A stretch of 64,000 nucleotides of DNA from Hydrolagus colliei (taxonomy: Eukaryota), in contig CM068749.1 in assembly GCA_035084275.1 (NCBI GenBank), forward strand, positions 15,500,001 through 15,564,000, given 5' to 3'. The translations under genes and the position numbers were made by a program. The notes under the pieces were generated by a model. The model saw only the letters and a program-made list of their open reading frames with translations. It did no database searches and was not told the origin of the DNA. This document shows positions 12,191 to 24,799 of this stretch, piece after piece; the first letter of the stretch is position 1, and each line of letters opens with the position of its first letter.

Positions 12191-12284
12191 TGAAACAAAA
12201 ATAGAATTCGCTGGGAACACTCAACAGGTCAGGCAGCATCTATGGAGAATCGAAAAGTGAATCAACGTTTTTCCAGCATCTGCA
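12191..12284. mobile_element. Internally deleted copy of the Penelope-derived foldback element at 37641
   Basis: cgctgggaacactcaacaggtcaggcagcatctatggagaa is near-identical to 37687-37727; joined to ttccagcatctgca, the reverse complement of the element's left end. Confidence 0.8.
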
Positions 12285-12735
12285 TTCCACATCTGAATTG
12301 TGTTTCAGACCATTCTACCACAGAAAGTGCATTCATTTACTGTCTATGACATGGTAACATTGCAAATTCTGATGCACAGCATGTTACCTTAGCAGAGCAT
12401 CCAATGGAATGATTCAAATCTACGACCTCTTTGAGCAGAAATGTGGTATGTGACTCAAAGTAATGTGATATCATACCCTGGGAGATAAAGGATGTGAAAA
12501 AAAACCCTAACCCTAACCCAAAACTGATGCTTGCACCTTTCAGCAGGACTACTGATGGAAGTTCAGAGTTCAACATTAACACGATAAGGCAAACCTAGTG
12601 GTCCTTGTGTGTCTGGCGACACCAAGACACACCTCATGAGACAATATTCTTGGGTTATAAATCTGTGACTTGAGCAAAGTTGTATACAGAAATGTATTAT
12701 ATATTATACATATTGATCAAACAATCACTTTTATT

Positions 12736-12842
12736 CAGCGCTCTGAGATGCCACACCAGGTGAAAGGCACTATATAACTGCAAGTTGTTGTCCTCCTGAC
12801 GTGAAAGCCGCTGTACAAGTGTAATTTTGTTGTTGTTGTTGT
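12736..12842 (+). mobile_element. Two L2-type 3' tails in tandem
   Basis: gtgaaaggcactatataactgcaagttgttg followed directly by gtgaaagccgctgtacaagtgtaatttt(gtt)n. Confidence 0.7.
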
Positions 12843-15729
12843 GCTTTGGTGTGCAATTGCTCCATTATTTCATAGGTCAACTGCAATGCTTTCTTCATGT
12901 TAATGTTGTACGCACCAATGTATTCTGTTGCAAAGATATTGCACATGCTTGAACAAACATATTTGTGTTTTTTCATATTGCCTTAACATACCATGAAGTA
13001 ACTACACTTATTTTCTGACACAAAATACTTTTGTGCTGACTTTAGACAGCTGCGGTAGATTAAAACTGGTCTGAGTGTGACTTGTGTGTTTGGCCAAGTA
13101 TGACACACTATGATTCAAAATATGCAGTGGGATTTGTTAATTGAATCTACCCCTCCCTTCAACAGTTGGTTGAACAGTTATTATATAACTGATATTTTAA
13201 GTCCAGTAAGTCACAAGATTTACCACAATGTGGAATGTAGAATTAAATTGGTGTTAAATATCATCCAAAGTGGTGTTAACCTTCATACTATCATTTTTAT
13301 CACATAGGCTACAAGCCAGACTTAAAGCCAGAGCTTAGAAAAGCTTTTGTAGTTCTTCAGGAAGTGTAATTTGCATTCATGTTTGTACAGTATTTCTGGG
13401 ATCCGCCCACCCTTCCCAACCCCCAAATTACCCTCTGTGGAAATATGCATAACATCACACATTATAAAACTGCAAAAGCTTTGTTGATTTGGAGCTTAGG
13501 AATTCACACAGGGAGAGTGGAGGAGAAGAAAGTAATAACTTGATACAATCTATGATATTAGCATAACGATGACATTAACTCGAAAGAGTCCAAAAGAGAG
13601 AAACATTGTGAATTCCCTACAGTTTATGACAAAGATGTGTGGAGGTAAACGCAAACGTTTGTTTCACGTACTGCCGTATTCATTTTCGCAGATACAGCAT
13701 AGGGATTTATAACTTTTTTTGTAAACCTCATAGCAAAAATTGTTCTATTATCACTTTTTGATAATCTAGTCCAGACAGATTTTTGGCGACATAGCTCCTT
13801 TTAAGCAATCAAGAAGTACTGTAGTAACTTGCAAGGTAGTGTTAACCACCAGAGCCCTGGAATCTTCAGGGATGTCTGAGTGCAATATATGTCAGGTTTA
13901 CATGGACCTCTGGGTTTAATTTAATGAATGGCATGAACTAATGAAGCCTTTATTGTGAGAGTGGTCTGGGCTGCAAGGAATTACGTTAGTAGTTTATGTA
14001 GTATTTCTTCTTGATGTAATAAATAATAAATTATAATTGGTGTGCATGATCATCACCTGTTCTCATTAAATTATGGGCTGTATGATAAGGGTTTGGTGTT
14101 TATTATGTTCGCTATGCAACACTAATTTAACTGTTCAAAAGATTGTTTGAATATGAAATTTAGAACAAATCGTATGGTTAATTATATTCTGAGTCTAAAC
14201 AATTGGAACATTTCTCACACATTCAGTGGTGTAATGACTATACTAAGGGATAACATTCATGGCCCTGATAAATTGAATGTGCTTTGGTGATCTGTTTGTT
14301 GCATAAGAGTACAAACTTTTTAAAGGCAGTGGTATTTGGGAGCTGCCTATTACAGAAATAGGTTATACGTACTATAAATTAGCATCTAGCACGTTGTATT
14401 ACCCTTGGTCTTAATATTTTCACTTTATGCTTTTGATGGGAGTTTATGACATATTGTATGTATATGTCTCCATTGGGAAAGATATGTCTGCTATTTTACA
14501 GTTTCACCATGATGCTTGTTAATTTTGTACTCAACATTTGAACATTTAGATTTACTTTTGAAACAATAGTTCAGTTAACCAGTATGATCTGTGTAACTGC
14601 TCTAAGCCCTTTCTATGACAATGATATCATTTTGAAGGAAAATAGAAACAAAATTATACTGTTCAAAAATGTAGCTTTATTAAAGAGTTACATGGGATCA
14701 AAATAACTGCTTTTCATGGATAGTCCTGAAGCCTTTATATGTCCCAGCAGTTGATGACACTCATTGAAACTTTCAGTGAATAAAAAAATCTATTTTTTTT
14801 TACCTTTGTGGATGACAACAAATTTGTTGTGAAAAAATGTTTCCTCTTCAGTGTATACTACCTTACATTTCTGAACACAATTGGAATTTACCCAGATGCC
14901 TCTGGATGTTATTAATCTCCTCACTTTAGTCATCTGGCTTCACAGCTTGGAATCATTAGCAAATTGTAAGTTACTGTGCAATGAAAAGTAAACCAAACTC
15001 TCTTCCCTTAAGGTCGATAAACTTACCAATGATCAAAAAAACTCCTCGGAGATTTAAAATGCAGTATACAGTACAGTACTACTTATTGTATTAAAATGAG
15101 GAATAGCTGAATGGTACTATCTGAACTTTCTTTTGTTATTGAAGCTTTTTAAAAGATTATATTTTTAAAATATCTTGTCAATATGTCAGACTTCCCACTG
15201 CTGAACATAATGTAGATTTGACAATTGTGCAAAACATTTCATCAGAACTTCTGATATTCATAAGTCAGAAATTATCCACGCTTTATAAAATCAAACATTA
15301 ACAATTAATGGATTGATTGGCATTGATATTTGAAACTGTTATCAAGCACAATGCACAGATCAAGCTGTTTTAATCATTCTGGTGTTGTGGAATGTTAGAA
15401 CACTTTAATGGGTATATGAGACTGGAAATAATTTAGGTTGCCTCATGTAAAAAGTCTTTGAATGTTAATATTCATGTAGTTTAAATCAGATTTGCATTGA
15501 CAATGTGCCTACTCTTCATAAAAAATATATATAGAATGCTTTTGTTCAATAAATTTAAAATCCTCTGTTAATATCTGGAAGATCTGATCTATGGTATGAT
15601 ATTGACACTCCAATAAATGTAGAAAGGCTGCAGGAATGTTCCAGGTGAGTGGAATTTATCATTATAGTTGTCAGTAAGATGTGGACTGGACCATTTCTTC
15701 TTTTATTACTTTGTTAGAATCGCTTTGTT

Positions 15730-15982
15730 CAATTTCACCCGATAGGGTGAAACCTCGGCAAGTTTCCTTACTCCACACGACTGATAATAATCCATCAAGA
15801 AATAAAAAGCCAATAATAAATTGGTTATTTCAATCCACGACTATTTGTGGTGTGCACGATTGGCTGCCGCGTTTTGCCCACAAATGTACAGTCAATTTGC
15901 CTTACAGTATATTCTTTGAAGCGCTTTGAGATGTCTAGAAGATGTGAAAAGCACCATACCAAATGCAAGGATTATTATTATT
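15730..15982 (+). mobile_element. 5'-truncated SINE, middle type B
   Basis: ggcaagtttccttactccacac, A-rich middle, core and (ATT)n tail. Confidence 0.85.
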
Positions 15983-18900
15983 TACCTATTATTCATCAAA
16001 ATACAACCAGTCATTTCTTATACAGTATAATGCTTTCCCATCCTTTGTAGGGTTTTTTGACCTGTGCAGAGGGGCATTTCTGCCATCAAAATAATCATAT
16101 AATCGTGCTTACTAGAGCAAGTACACACCTGATTTTCACATTTAGTGCATTTGCTGCAAAACATGCAATTTAAAAACAGTTCAATTACTATAACTGCTAA
16201 CTTTTTGATGTTCTAATGAAGGGTCATTCTTGAAATGTAACCTAAATATCTTTCAGATCTTTGATTTGATTTCTCTTAAATTTGTGAGGTGAATCCGATC
16301 GCGATAAGTTTCATGTGATCGATTACCAAACAGTTCAGGAACTTTTCCTGGAGAGTAGGAAGAGATTCATTTGAAGAGAGAATAAAAATTCTGTTCATTC
16401 TTCTCAAAGCATCAAAGGAAAAGTAGAAAAAATATGTTTAGGACTGAACAAGAAGCTAAGTTCAGCTGTTCAAATCAGAAACTTTCCTTGCGCACCTTAC
16501 CTATCTGATCAGCTATTGTGTCATTTGGAATGATTACTGCTTTCTAGGTACCAATTTGTGTGTTATTTTTCCTTACGTTACAGGCTTGACTTGTCGATTT
16601 TTCACTTTTTCTAAATAAAAGAAATGACAGCGATGGTTCCTACCTGGTGTTAGATTGAATCAGAATTCGAGAAGTTCAAAATTGGTATTCATTCAAATTG
16701 GCTTCATGACACAAATGCAATGACAAGCGGCAGGAAGGGTTGGAATGTTCATCAGGTACTCGCTTTTTTTTCCTGTTTTTGTTACGGTTACCCAAACCCT
16801 GTTCTGTGTTGTTTGGAGATAGCCAAATATAAAACAGGATAGTTAGCGGTTTCGTCATTCATTAAGCAGGAACCGCAATGATCATAAGGTTATTCAGTCC
16901 TCTCCTTTGGGCTTCATAGCCAGGGTGTGTCTCTTTAGTTGTACCAACTTCTGAGTGTTCCCTTAGATTTATACTTGCATTGGAATTTAGGGAAATAGTA
17001 TTATATTTGTGCATCGACAAGCAATTTATTCACAGCAGCAACAGATGAACTAATTATTAAGATGCCATTTACATGCCCCTGAGTCACTCTCACATTTGAA
17101 GAGAAGAAATCTAACCATCATCCGTTCGATAATATCCGTGATCTCCACGGGAAGTTCTCTTTCATTTGGTGGATGGGTGTTTGTAAAACTGACTAAAAAG
17201 AAACTGATCTCGATTCGCCAGTTTTGTAAGACTGTGATTGTTTGCATTGGATTATATCAGTGTCAGGAAGGATTCTGATGTTCGAAGAAATATAGTTTGT
17301 TGTTGTAAGATCCATATGCAAATCAAATCAGATGAGTAACTTTATCTGTGCCATCTTGCTAATCCGATGATTTGGCTTGATATTTGTTGGTTCTGTTTGC
17401 TTACTTTTAATCTCACATATTGGCATTTGGATTAGAATTTAAATGTGATAACTGTATAAATCTACAGATCGAGATTGAGATTATAACACTTGAGCTGGAC
17501 ATGGAGTTGAAGAGCTTTTCATGTTTAAAGAAAAAAAAAGCAAATTATCTGGTGTGCAAAGATAGAATTAAATCCCAATATTTACACATCTCACATTCTG
17601 AATGGATTTTGGTTTCAAGATACACTGGTTGACAGATCATGCTCAGGTATCCAATGCTCTTCTTTGGCTTCTGAATTTTTGCAACAAAATCACACACATG
17701 GTGATGTGTTGGAAGAATTCCAGGTGGTGATATGATTTTGTCACTGTTTATTCAGGAAATCCATTAAATGGGCATTTAGCCCTTTTAAAAATATATAAAT
17801 GAAGGCATTTCGGGCATAGAGTCCCATTATTATCTCATACATTTCTTAGGGTTTTTATTTCACACGGACTGAATAAACAAATAGAGGAAACAGATTTTCA
17901 GACACGATCCAAAATCTCAAGTGTAATCATTCTGTTATTATAAGTAATATCTGAGGCCTGACTAACACAAATGTGTGCAATGAATCCATCGAAAACATCT
18001 GCTGATTTATTTGTTAACTCTGCACATACATTTGTATCAAGTCCTTTTTAAGTATAATCCACACGGTAAACTTTGGATCATGCTCCTGCACCGTTGCTGT
18101 TTATTATTTCTATTCTGCCTTGTTTAATTAAGGTTAATGATCAACTTTCTTTTTGTAGTTAGGTATTTTGTTCCCAGATGATTGTGTTCAGAGTTCCTAA
18201 TAAATCTATCACAAGAACCTAGAGGTTGGAAAAGGAAATAACTAGGTTCTTTATGATTTGGGGCTGGAGGACAGACAGGATTTGTAGTTGTTCTGTGTGT
18301 GCAGCTGTTAAGTGAAGTCAAGTGAAGTCATGTCAGAGTGCAAATTATTGAGAACAAGATACATTATCTCCACAGAAATCTTTTGCCATGCCGTTATTAG
18401 TTATTTCCTTTCTAAATGAATACACTTTGTTTACATTGCTGCAACCCAGTGCCAATGTGAGACTATGCTGCTTTCTGCACGACTGTTATTGTTGTTCCCA
18501 AGCAATTCCATCACAATATTACATGTCACGGGCACCAAGAATGTTATAAAACCAATTATTGAATGTTCATTTTCAATTAAATCTTTTCAATGTTCGTTGC
18601 AATGCAAATTGAACAATTGCCTCCATATCCCATTAATTGAGTGGATTGACATGCATCCTTTTATCTCCTAGAACAACAATGATTTTTGCCAGGGAATTCC
18701 ATATTTAAGAGAAATGAAATGAATACCCATTAATCCTGGAAAGAATCACTGCATATGTTAGCGAAGAAAATGTGGTCCATTGATATTATAATACAGGACG
18801 AAGCTCTTGATAAAAAATATTTCCTAAAATAAGAATGACAAACTTAATGTAAATCTTGTAATTGCTGGAATGTGTGCCATCCCAAAGAGATTTGAATTAG

Positions 18901-19669
18901 CCATTTCAACATTATTTGTGAATTGCAAAATTTGGCACACTTTAAGTATGCATGACGTTTCTCTTTAGAAATAGTTAATTTGAACATAAGCAAAGGAATC
19001 AAATGTCTTTTTCAGAATATAAATAGTATTTCCTTCAAAATGCTATTTGGTTCCTATTCCCATAATATCTGACAGCATTGGTTGTGATTTATGGCTGAAA
19101 TCACCACAATGGCAATTGAATTTAAATACAGTATATATATTATATATAGGATAGACTTACTTCCTGTCTACCAATGTTTGGGGGAAATTCTGCAAACAAA
19201 ATATCCTACCTTTGAAGTTCAGAGACAGCCATATGTGGAAACCTGTGATGATATGTTAAAAAACAGTGTTAAAGTACAGATGTAGACTTTTTAAATGATT
19301 TGCATTACACATATTTGGATTGGCAATGCTCCTTGTTAAAAGTACAATTGTAAACTAATATGCAATATCTATTTGATATCCAGTGTACATTGTTCTTGAC
19401 CATGGAATGAGTTATTATATCCATTGGACATACATAGATGATTCTAGGCAGAAAACTTTGTATTAGATTACATTTTTGGCTTATCTGCTTATTTTATTTA
19501 ATGTATCCCTTGATTATTGAATTTCTTCTTTCAGCATACAGCCCTAGATGGATACCTAGGGATAACTTTATAATGAAAAAGTAGAGCAGTTATCAATGCA
19601 AATAAACTGCACAGCTGTAACATGTATTAAACTCTCTACATAATGTACAATATCTGAATCCCCGCTATG

Positions 19670-20505
19670 CATTCCATTGCATTTTCATTATAATAGATGA
19701 CTTGAAAGAAAACACGCATTGCAATATTATAGCATATATTGATGATGCTAAGATACATAGGAGGTGAATAATCTAACAAAGATAACTAGCATTCAAAACG
19801 TTCTGATCAATTAAGCATATGAGCCTGATGGGTTAAATTTTAATGCAGATAAATGCAAGGTAATACATATTGGAACAAAAAACTTGAAATGTTTGCAAAA
19901 CAAAGGGTATCCATTAGCAAAGCTGGAAATGAACATTTAGTTCAGTTAGGTGCATTCATTGATTCTTCACAGAAGGACAGACTCCTTTTCAATAAAATGT
20001 AATCGAATAGCAGGTTGCATCTTGAAATTATTTGACTCTAAGTCATAGGACATTGTTCTACCCTTCTGCAGGTCATTGGTGAAGCCATATATGGAATTGT
20101 CTGTGCAGTTTTAGACTTCCTACCTTCAAAAAGCCATTTAAACATTGGAGTTGATTCTGAGAATTTCAACAAGGTGATTTGAGCAGTAGGCACTAAGTTA
20201 AGAGGAGAGGCTAATAGAGCTGATCCTATTCTTCATGGGGAGAAAGGAAATGAAGAGTGGGGACAGATGAGCTGTGTTTCAAAACAATGAGAGGCTGAGA
20301 TAATCTAGAGGTAAAAGGGCCATTTAATTCCAACTGTGAAAGCAGAACTTGAGAACACGGGCTAAACATTAAAAAGCCTCAAGTTGGACCGGAGATTAAG
20401 GATAGTTTCCATAAGGGAACAGAGATACGGAACAGACTTTAAAGAAAATTAGTAAATGTTGTGCAAATTAACTCCTCCAAATAAATTATGGGATAAGTAT
20501 CTCCT
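19670..20505 (+). mobile_element. Decayed CR1 LINE ORF2 (RT C-terminal half)
   Basis: Fragmented translations IDDL...YIDDAKI, FNADKCKVIHIGTKN, NRIAGCI...SLVKPYMELSVQF*; stops and frameshifts. Confidence 0.85.
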
Positions 20506-20654
20506 TGACGGTGTGCACTGAGAGGAACAATTATTCCACAGATCACGGCAATTCATGTGATGCTAGATTGGGGGAGGGTGAATGTAGTCTGTTGAAGGAG
20601 AGAAGGAGACTGAAATTCTGGACAATATTACATACCATTCTTATGACAATGTTG

Positions 20655-20960
20655 GCTCCAAATAGCTCAGTTGGTAGCAAATAGACTTTGTCAAGGCTGA
20701 TACCTGGCTCCCCAATGCAGAGCTGGGGAACCTTTTTCCTGTGTCCTTGTCAACAATCTCTCCACCCCCACATCTCAATAAAAAAAAGTTGATCAAAAAA
20801 TAGTCCATGCACATCATTCCTGTTTGTGAAACATTGCTCTGTACAAATTGACTGCTATATTCGCCTATAAATATTTACTACTACCGCAGAACTCTGTAAA
20901 GCATTACGGGGCATTTTGATGTGATGGGCATTATTTGTACAGATTATAACATTATTATTT
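20655..20960 (+). mobile_element. Old tRNA-headed Deu-type SINE
   Basis: tagctcagttggtagc head, cctgtgtccttgtcaac Deu motif, decayed core and tail. Confidence 0.6.
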
Positions 20961-21572
20961 CCCTGCTATAGACACTCCCTGACAACGGATTTGCATAGTA
21001 TATGGAAGAAACAGATTTCACTGGCCTTTTTTTTGTTTCAAGCTTTATTATGGTCCATATTTCTTGAAAAGACGAGACACTAACAGTAACAAGCTGTTAT
21101 ATCTACTAGCGTTTAGCAGATACAACAGATTGTCAGTGAATGGATAATCCAGTAACTGAATTGTATAAGGGGGAGCTTTGCAGTACTGCCAACAGCTTGT
21201 TATGTGTGATGAAGTAGTTTAGCAAGACAAAAGCAGGGAAGTCTCCAGAACACAGAGCAAGGGAATGATATTTAAGGTATTTGTGAAGAACTAAATATAG
21301 AACTACCAAACTCACTTAAACTGAGATTCAGATATACCTATTCCAAAATGATCATGAAATACTTTAAGCAGAGCACTGAGAAGGAGATACCGCAGTTTCA
21401 AATGTTTTAAACCCATCTGTCTTTGTTGCAATTGAAATGGGGAACATTCACTGTTGGCCTTAGTTACCAGGCAGGTGGAAAATGTACCGAAGCTTTGTTG
21501 TGTACTTTAAACATATCATAGCATTGTCATTATGCTTCTGATGGATCATCTTAAATATTTCATTTTACAATT

Positions 21573-21610
21573 GTAGATGCTTTCTAGTAGATGCTTTACT
21601 AGTAGATGCT
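21573..21610. repeat. Short tandem repeat, ~14-15 bp x2.5
   Basis: gtagatgctttcta / gtagatgctttacta / gtagatgct. Confidence 0.8.
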
Positions 21611-21634
21611 GCGCTTGAAGTCATGATGCTGCGG

Positions 21635-21876
21635 TTGAGGTTTATAGTCCAGCGATTCTTTTTAAAATGGAGCACGCCAAGTGGGTGAAAAAAACAGAGT
21701 GTGATTTTAAAGCCACACTAGCGGCAAGCTGATAATCCTAGCCGACATTGTCGCGCAGGTGCAGTATTTCGGCTTGCCGCTAGTAAAGTCGTGAGACTTT
21801 AAAATCGCGCTGCCGTTTTTTTCACCTACTTGGCGTCCTCCATTTAAAAAAGAATCGCTGGAACTGTAAACCTCAA
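21635..21876. mobile_element. Foldback MITE with ~100-bp imperfect inverted arms
   Basis: ttgaggtttatagtccagcgattcttttt...actagcggcaagc pairs with gcttgccgctagt...aaaaaagaatcgctggaactgtaaacctcaa; CpG-rich. Confidence 0.8.
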
Positions 21877-22007
21877 TCAGTAAAGGTGAGAAGCGCAAGA
21901 GAGTAGTTTTAACAATAAGTACCAATACAATATTCTGTTATTATCTGTTATTATTTAGTCTGGTGTGTATGGTGTGTGTTAAAAGAACTTTAATATTTTT
22001 GTTGTGG

Positions 22008-22100
22008 GCTTTTGGCCACGGGCCGCCCGAATATCCGGCAGGCGCTTTAACCGGCATTGGCCAGGTCCCGTGGGTGCCGGATGAATGGGCTTTTACTATA
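22008..22100. mobile_element. One end of a Tc1/mariner (pogo/Tigger-like) MITE
   Basis: Ends gtgccggatgaatgggcttttacta|ta (Tigger-like TIR plus TA); internal atccggca/accggca sub-repeats. Confidence 0.55.
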
Positions 22101-22744
22101 CAGGTACTTCACTTTATTGAGATTTTGTCATTTTTATGAATAAAAGTCATCGCTCACTGCAAAATTGCTTTATGGATCATGTGAAAAAACAGTTTTGGCA
22201 AAAGTATGTTACAGAAAGAGTACCTCTATTATTGAAGGAGCTACAATCAATACATATTGAATAAAGGTTGTGGAATATCTGAAAGCTTTGACTCGTTATA
22301 GTCATTGGACCTGATAAATAAAAACATGGCTCAAATTTCAAGCAATGTTCTCTGTTTAACATGCATTTCTGCAAAATAATTAAATAAAGCCCACACTTCA
22401 GAAGAAGCAAAACTCCCATGCTGTGCTGCAGTGCTTGTAAGAATCAGAACATGAAAGCCATTTCCTTATTCGTGTACATCCTTCTATATTTTCCTTCTTT
22501 GCTTGGCTTGTTCATCTCTACTTAAAAGGAGATCAGATAAAATAAAATAACTTTTGTTTCCAACTGCTACTGAAGAGAAAGCTTCCTCATTAAAAAAAAT
22601 CTGTTTAATATAGACTCCGTAACCAAGCTGATGACTAATAGCATTCTTTGGGTTTGATAAAGCACCTACAACAATGAAATGGTTCTTCACGAGGAATTGC
22701 TGTAAGGACTGTGTGTTTCTAGGTAAAGGCAGAAGCAGCTTATC

Positions 22745-22978
22745 CCCGCAGGATTGTCCACAAACAAGGTGAATGATTAACTTTATCCAACCAGGACACC
22801 GGCAGTAATTTCAGCCCGTTAACAAATAGTATCATAGGGTCCTTAACATCGACCGGAACAACCGGATCATGATTCAACGTCATATCTGAAGGATGGCACC
22901 TATGTCAATGACTGGATTGCCTGCCAAAGTGGATGATGAAGTCAAAATCCGTAACTGGGGTTTGACAAATCCATAACT
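22745..22978 (-). mobile_element. Old DeuSINE, abutted or interrupted by a younger SINE
   Basis: ccaggacacc...aaatagtatcatagggtcc...ttcaacgtcatatctgaaggatggcacct, Deu-domain-like reverse complement. Confidence 0.65.
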
Positions 22979-23280
22979 AATCTGTAGCTCAGTGGTTAGA
23001 GCACTCACCTTACAAACGTGAGACCTGTGTTCAAATCCAGGCAGGGAGAAACCTTGGTTTCCCTACTCCACATGCTTAATAATAATCCCTCAAAAAAAAC
23101 AATAATAAATTGGTCATTTCAATCCACGACTGTTTGTGGGACACTGCTGTGTGTAATTGGCTGCCGCATTTAGCCCACAAATATACAGTGAATTCACTTT
23201 ATTGTGTATTCTGTGAAGCGCTTTGAGACGTCTAGAAGACTTGAAAAGCACTATATTAAATGCAAAGATTATTATTATTT
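22979..23280 (+). mobile_element. Full-length SINE, middle type B
   Basis: tagctcagtggttagagcac head, gttcaaatcc B box, taataataatccctcaaaaaaaac middle, core and tail. Confidence 0.9.
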
Positions 23281-23547
23281 TTGCTAACCAGCTGACAGAG
23301 GTGATATCAATATCAACAGCAAATAGTTTGCTATATAAATTAGGGAGCAGAGCTCGTTACATTTACTCAGCTGTTGACTTTGGACAACCTAATTGGTCGT
23401 GCCCAACAAGTGATCAACCTAAAAACCTGCAACTTTCACGCTAAATAAAGCCCATTCATTTACTAGCAGTAAAAATGTACTGTAAAAGAAACCATTTTGA
23501 TGGGACAAGCTGGTTTCATACCAACTGAGTGCTACTAGATACGTATA

Positions 23548-23622
23548 TCCATTTAAATTGCAGTATGCAATTGCAGTATGCAATTTAAATGGACTTTAAA
23601 TTGCAGTATGCAATTTAAAGTC
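23548..23622. repeat. Two overlapping perfect-stem palindromes
   Basis: 15-bp stem tccatttaaattgca/tgcaatttaaatgga (23548-23593) and 14-bp stem gactttaaattgca-GTA-tgcaatttaaagtc (23592-23622). Confidence 0.9.
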
Positions 23623-23749
23623 TGTTAACTTTGTTTCTATTGTGTTCTCTCCTGGAACTCTCAAAAAAAAAGCCCATCAATAACACTAAGCATATTGTGT
23701 ATGCTCAGTCTTATTTTGGTTTCCTGTAACACTTTTGAATGGTGTTCCG

Positions 23750-23950
23750 CACTGTTGTTTCCACTGGTTGGGAAGTCTGTTGCCTAGGGACATAAATATA
23801 AAATAGTGGCTGGAGGATCTGAAAGAGAATTTAGGCAAAACACAGAGGGCAGTGAGATTGTGGAATTTGTTGCCCGAAGCTGTGGCTGAATTAGATTGGA
23901 TGCATTCAAGAGGAAGAGTGAGTGGGGAAGAAAGGGATATGGGAGGAAGT
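23750..23950 (+). mobile_element. CR1 3' fragment
   Basis: LFPLVGKS, GHKYKI, QRAVRLWNLLPEAVAE and FKR motifs of the CR1 ORF2 end. Confidence 0.75.
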
Positions 23951-23969
23951 AAGGAGTGGGTGAAGACTA

Positions 23970-24799
23970 TTCTTCGATCTGAAGATGATGCTTCTTAATT
24001 GGAATGACAACACCATGCTGTACACTCTTTCTAATTTTTTGCCAAATGAAAACAGAGATTTCTGTATCCCCAGCTTTGTTTCCACTGGACTAGAGGGTCA
24101 TTGCTAAGGTAGGGCACTGCAATGATTCATAAGAAAAAAACATTTATGCAAAATAATAAATAAAGCAATGATAAAGTATCAATAAAATAATGCGAAATCT
24201 CACTTAATATCTAAGATATGATTGTTGCGCATCTTACTCTTGCCACACACTTATGATCCAAAGATACTTAATAATAGAGAACAAGTTGCAGTAATTACTG
24301 GAATAAAAGATTAAATGAGTGACTGGAACTATTACCATAGAATTGACCCAAAAACGCTGTGCATGGATTGAATGTGGATGGACTCAGATGTAATCTGGAA
24401 ATGCAATTTGGGAACTTTTGCGATTGGAAATTTATGGGCAAACCCAATTTATGAGCAATAGACCCAGGTTTTTTCCAGTGATAATGTCTCGCAGTTAGAA
24501 TTAACGGTATTATTCACTGGTAACTTATCAGGCTATCTTTCCCTGATATTTAGTATCCTGTTGAATGATTTCGACAAACAATGAGATGTCTTGCAGTGAT
24601 TTGCAGCTGCCCACACGCTGTTTTTCTTAAATGTTAAATGTCTGTTTTGTAGTCAGACTCAGAGTCAACAGCTTCATGGATTAGGAACATCGGATCCGTG
24701 ATTGAATATAAATGATTTAGTAGAACTGACAGTTAATTGAAGATTAAATTAATTCATTTGGTCATTCCAGGAAAGAAGCAACATCTTCAGATCAAAGAA
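23970..24799. repeat. Pair of 39-bp inverted repeats (23970-24008 and 24761-24799)
   Basis: ttcttcgatctgaagatgatgcttcttaattggaatgac vs reverse complement ttctttgatctgaagatgttgcttctttcctggaatgac: 34/39 identical, ungapped. Confidence 0.8.

Noticed and set aside
12503-12519. Interstitial telomeric repeat (CCCTAA)
   Set aside because: Under three units; too short to support a telomere-fusion claim.
13842-13984. piggyBac-like MITE (TTAA ends)
   Set aside because: Terminal similarity too weak and no intact right-hand TTAA.
21635-21876. Conserved pre-miRNA
   Set aside because: No vertebrate mature miRNA recognised here or elsewhere in the window; hairpin length and structure fit a MITE.
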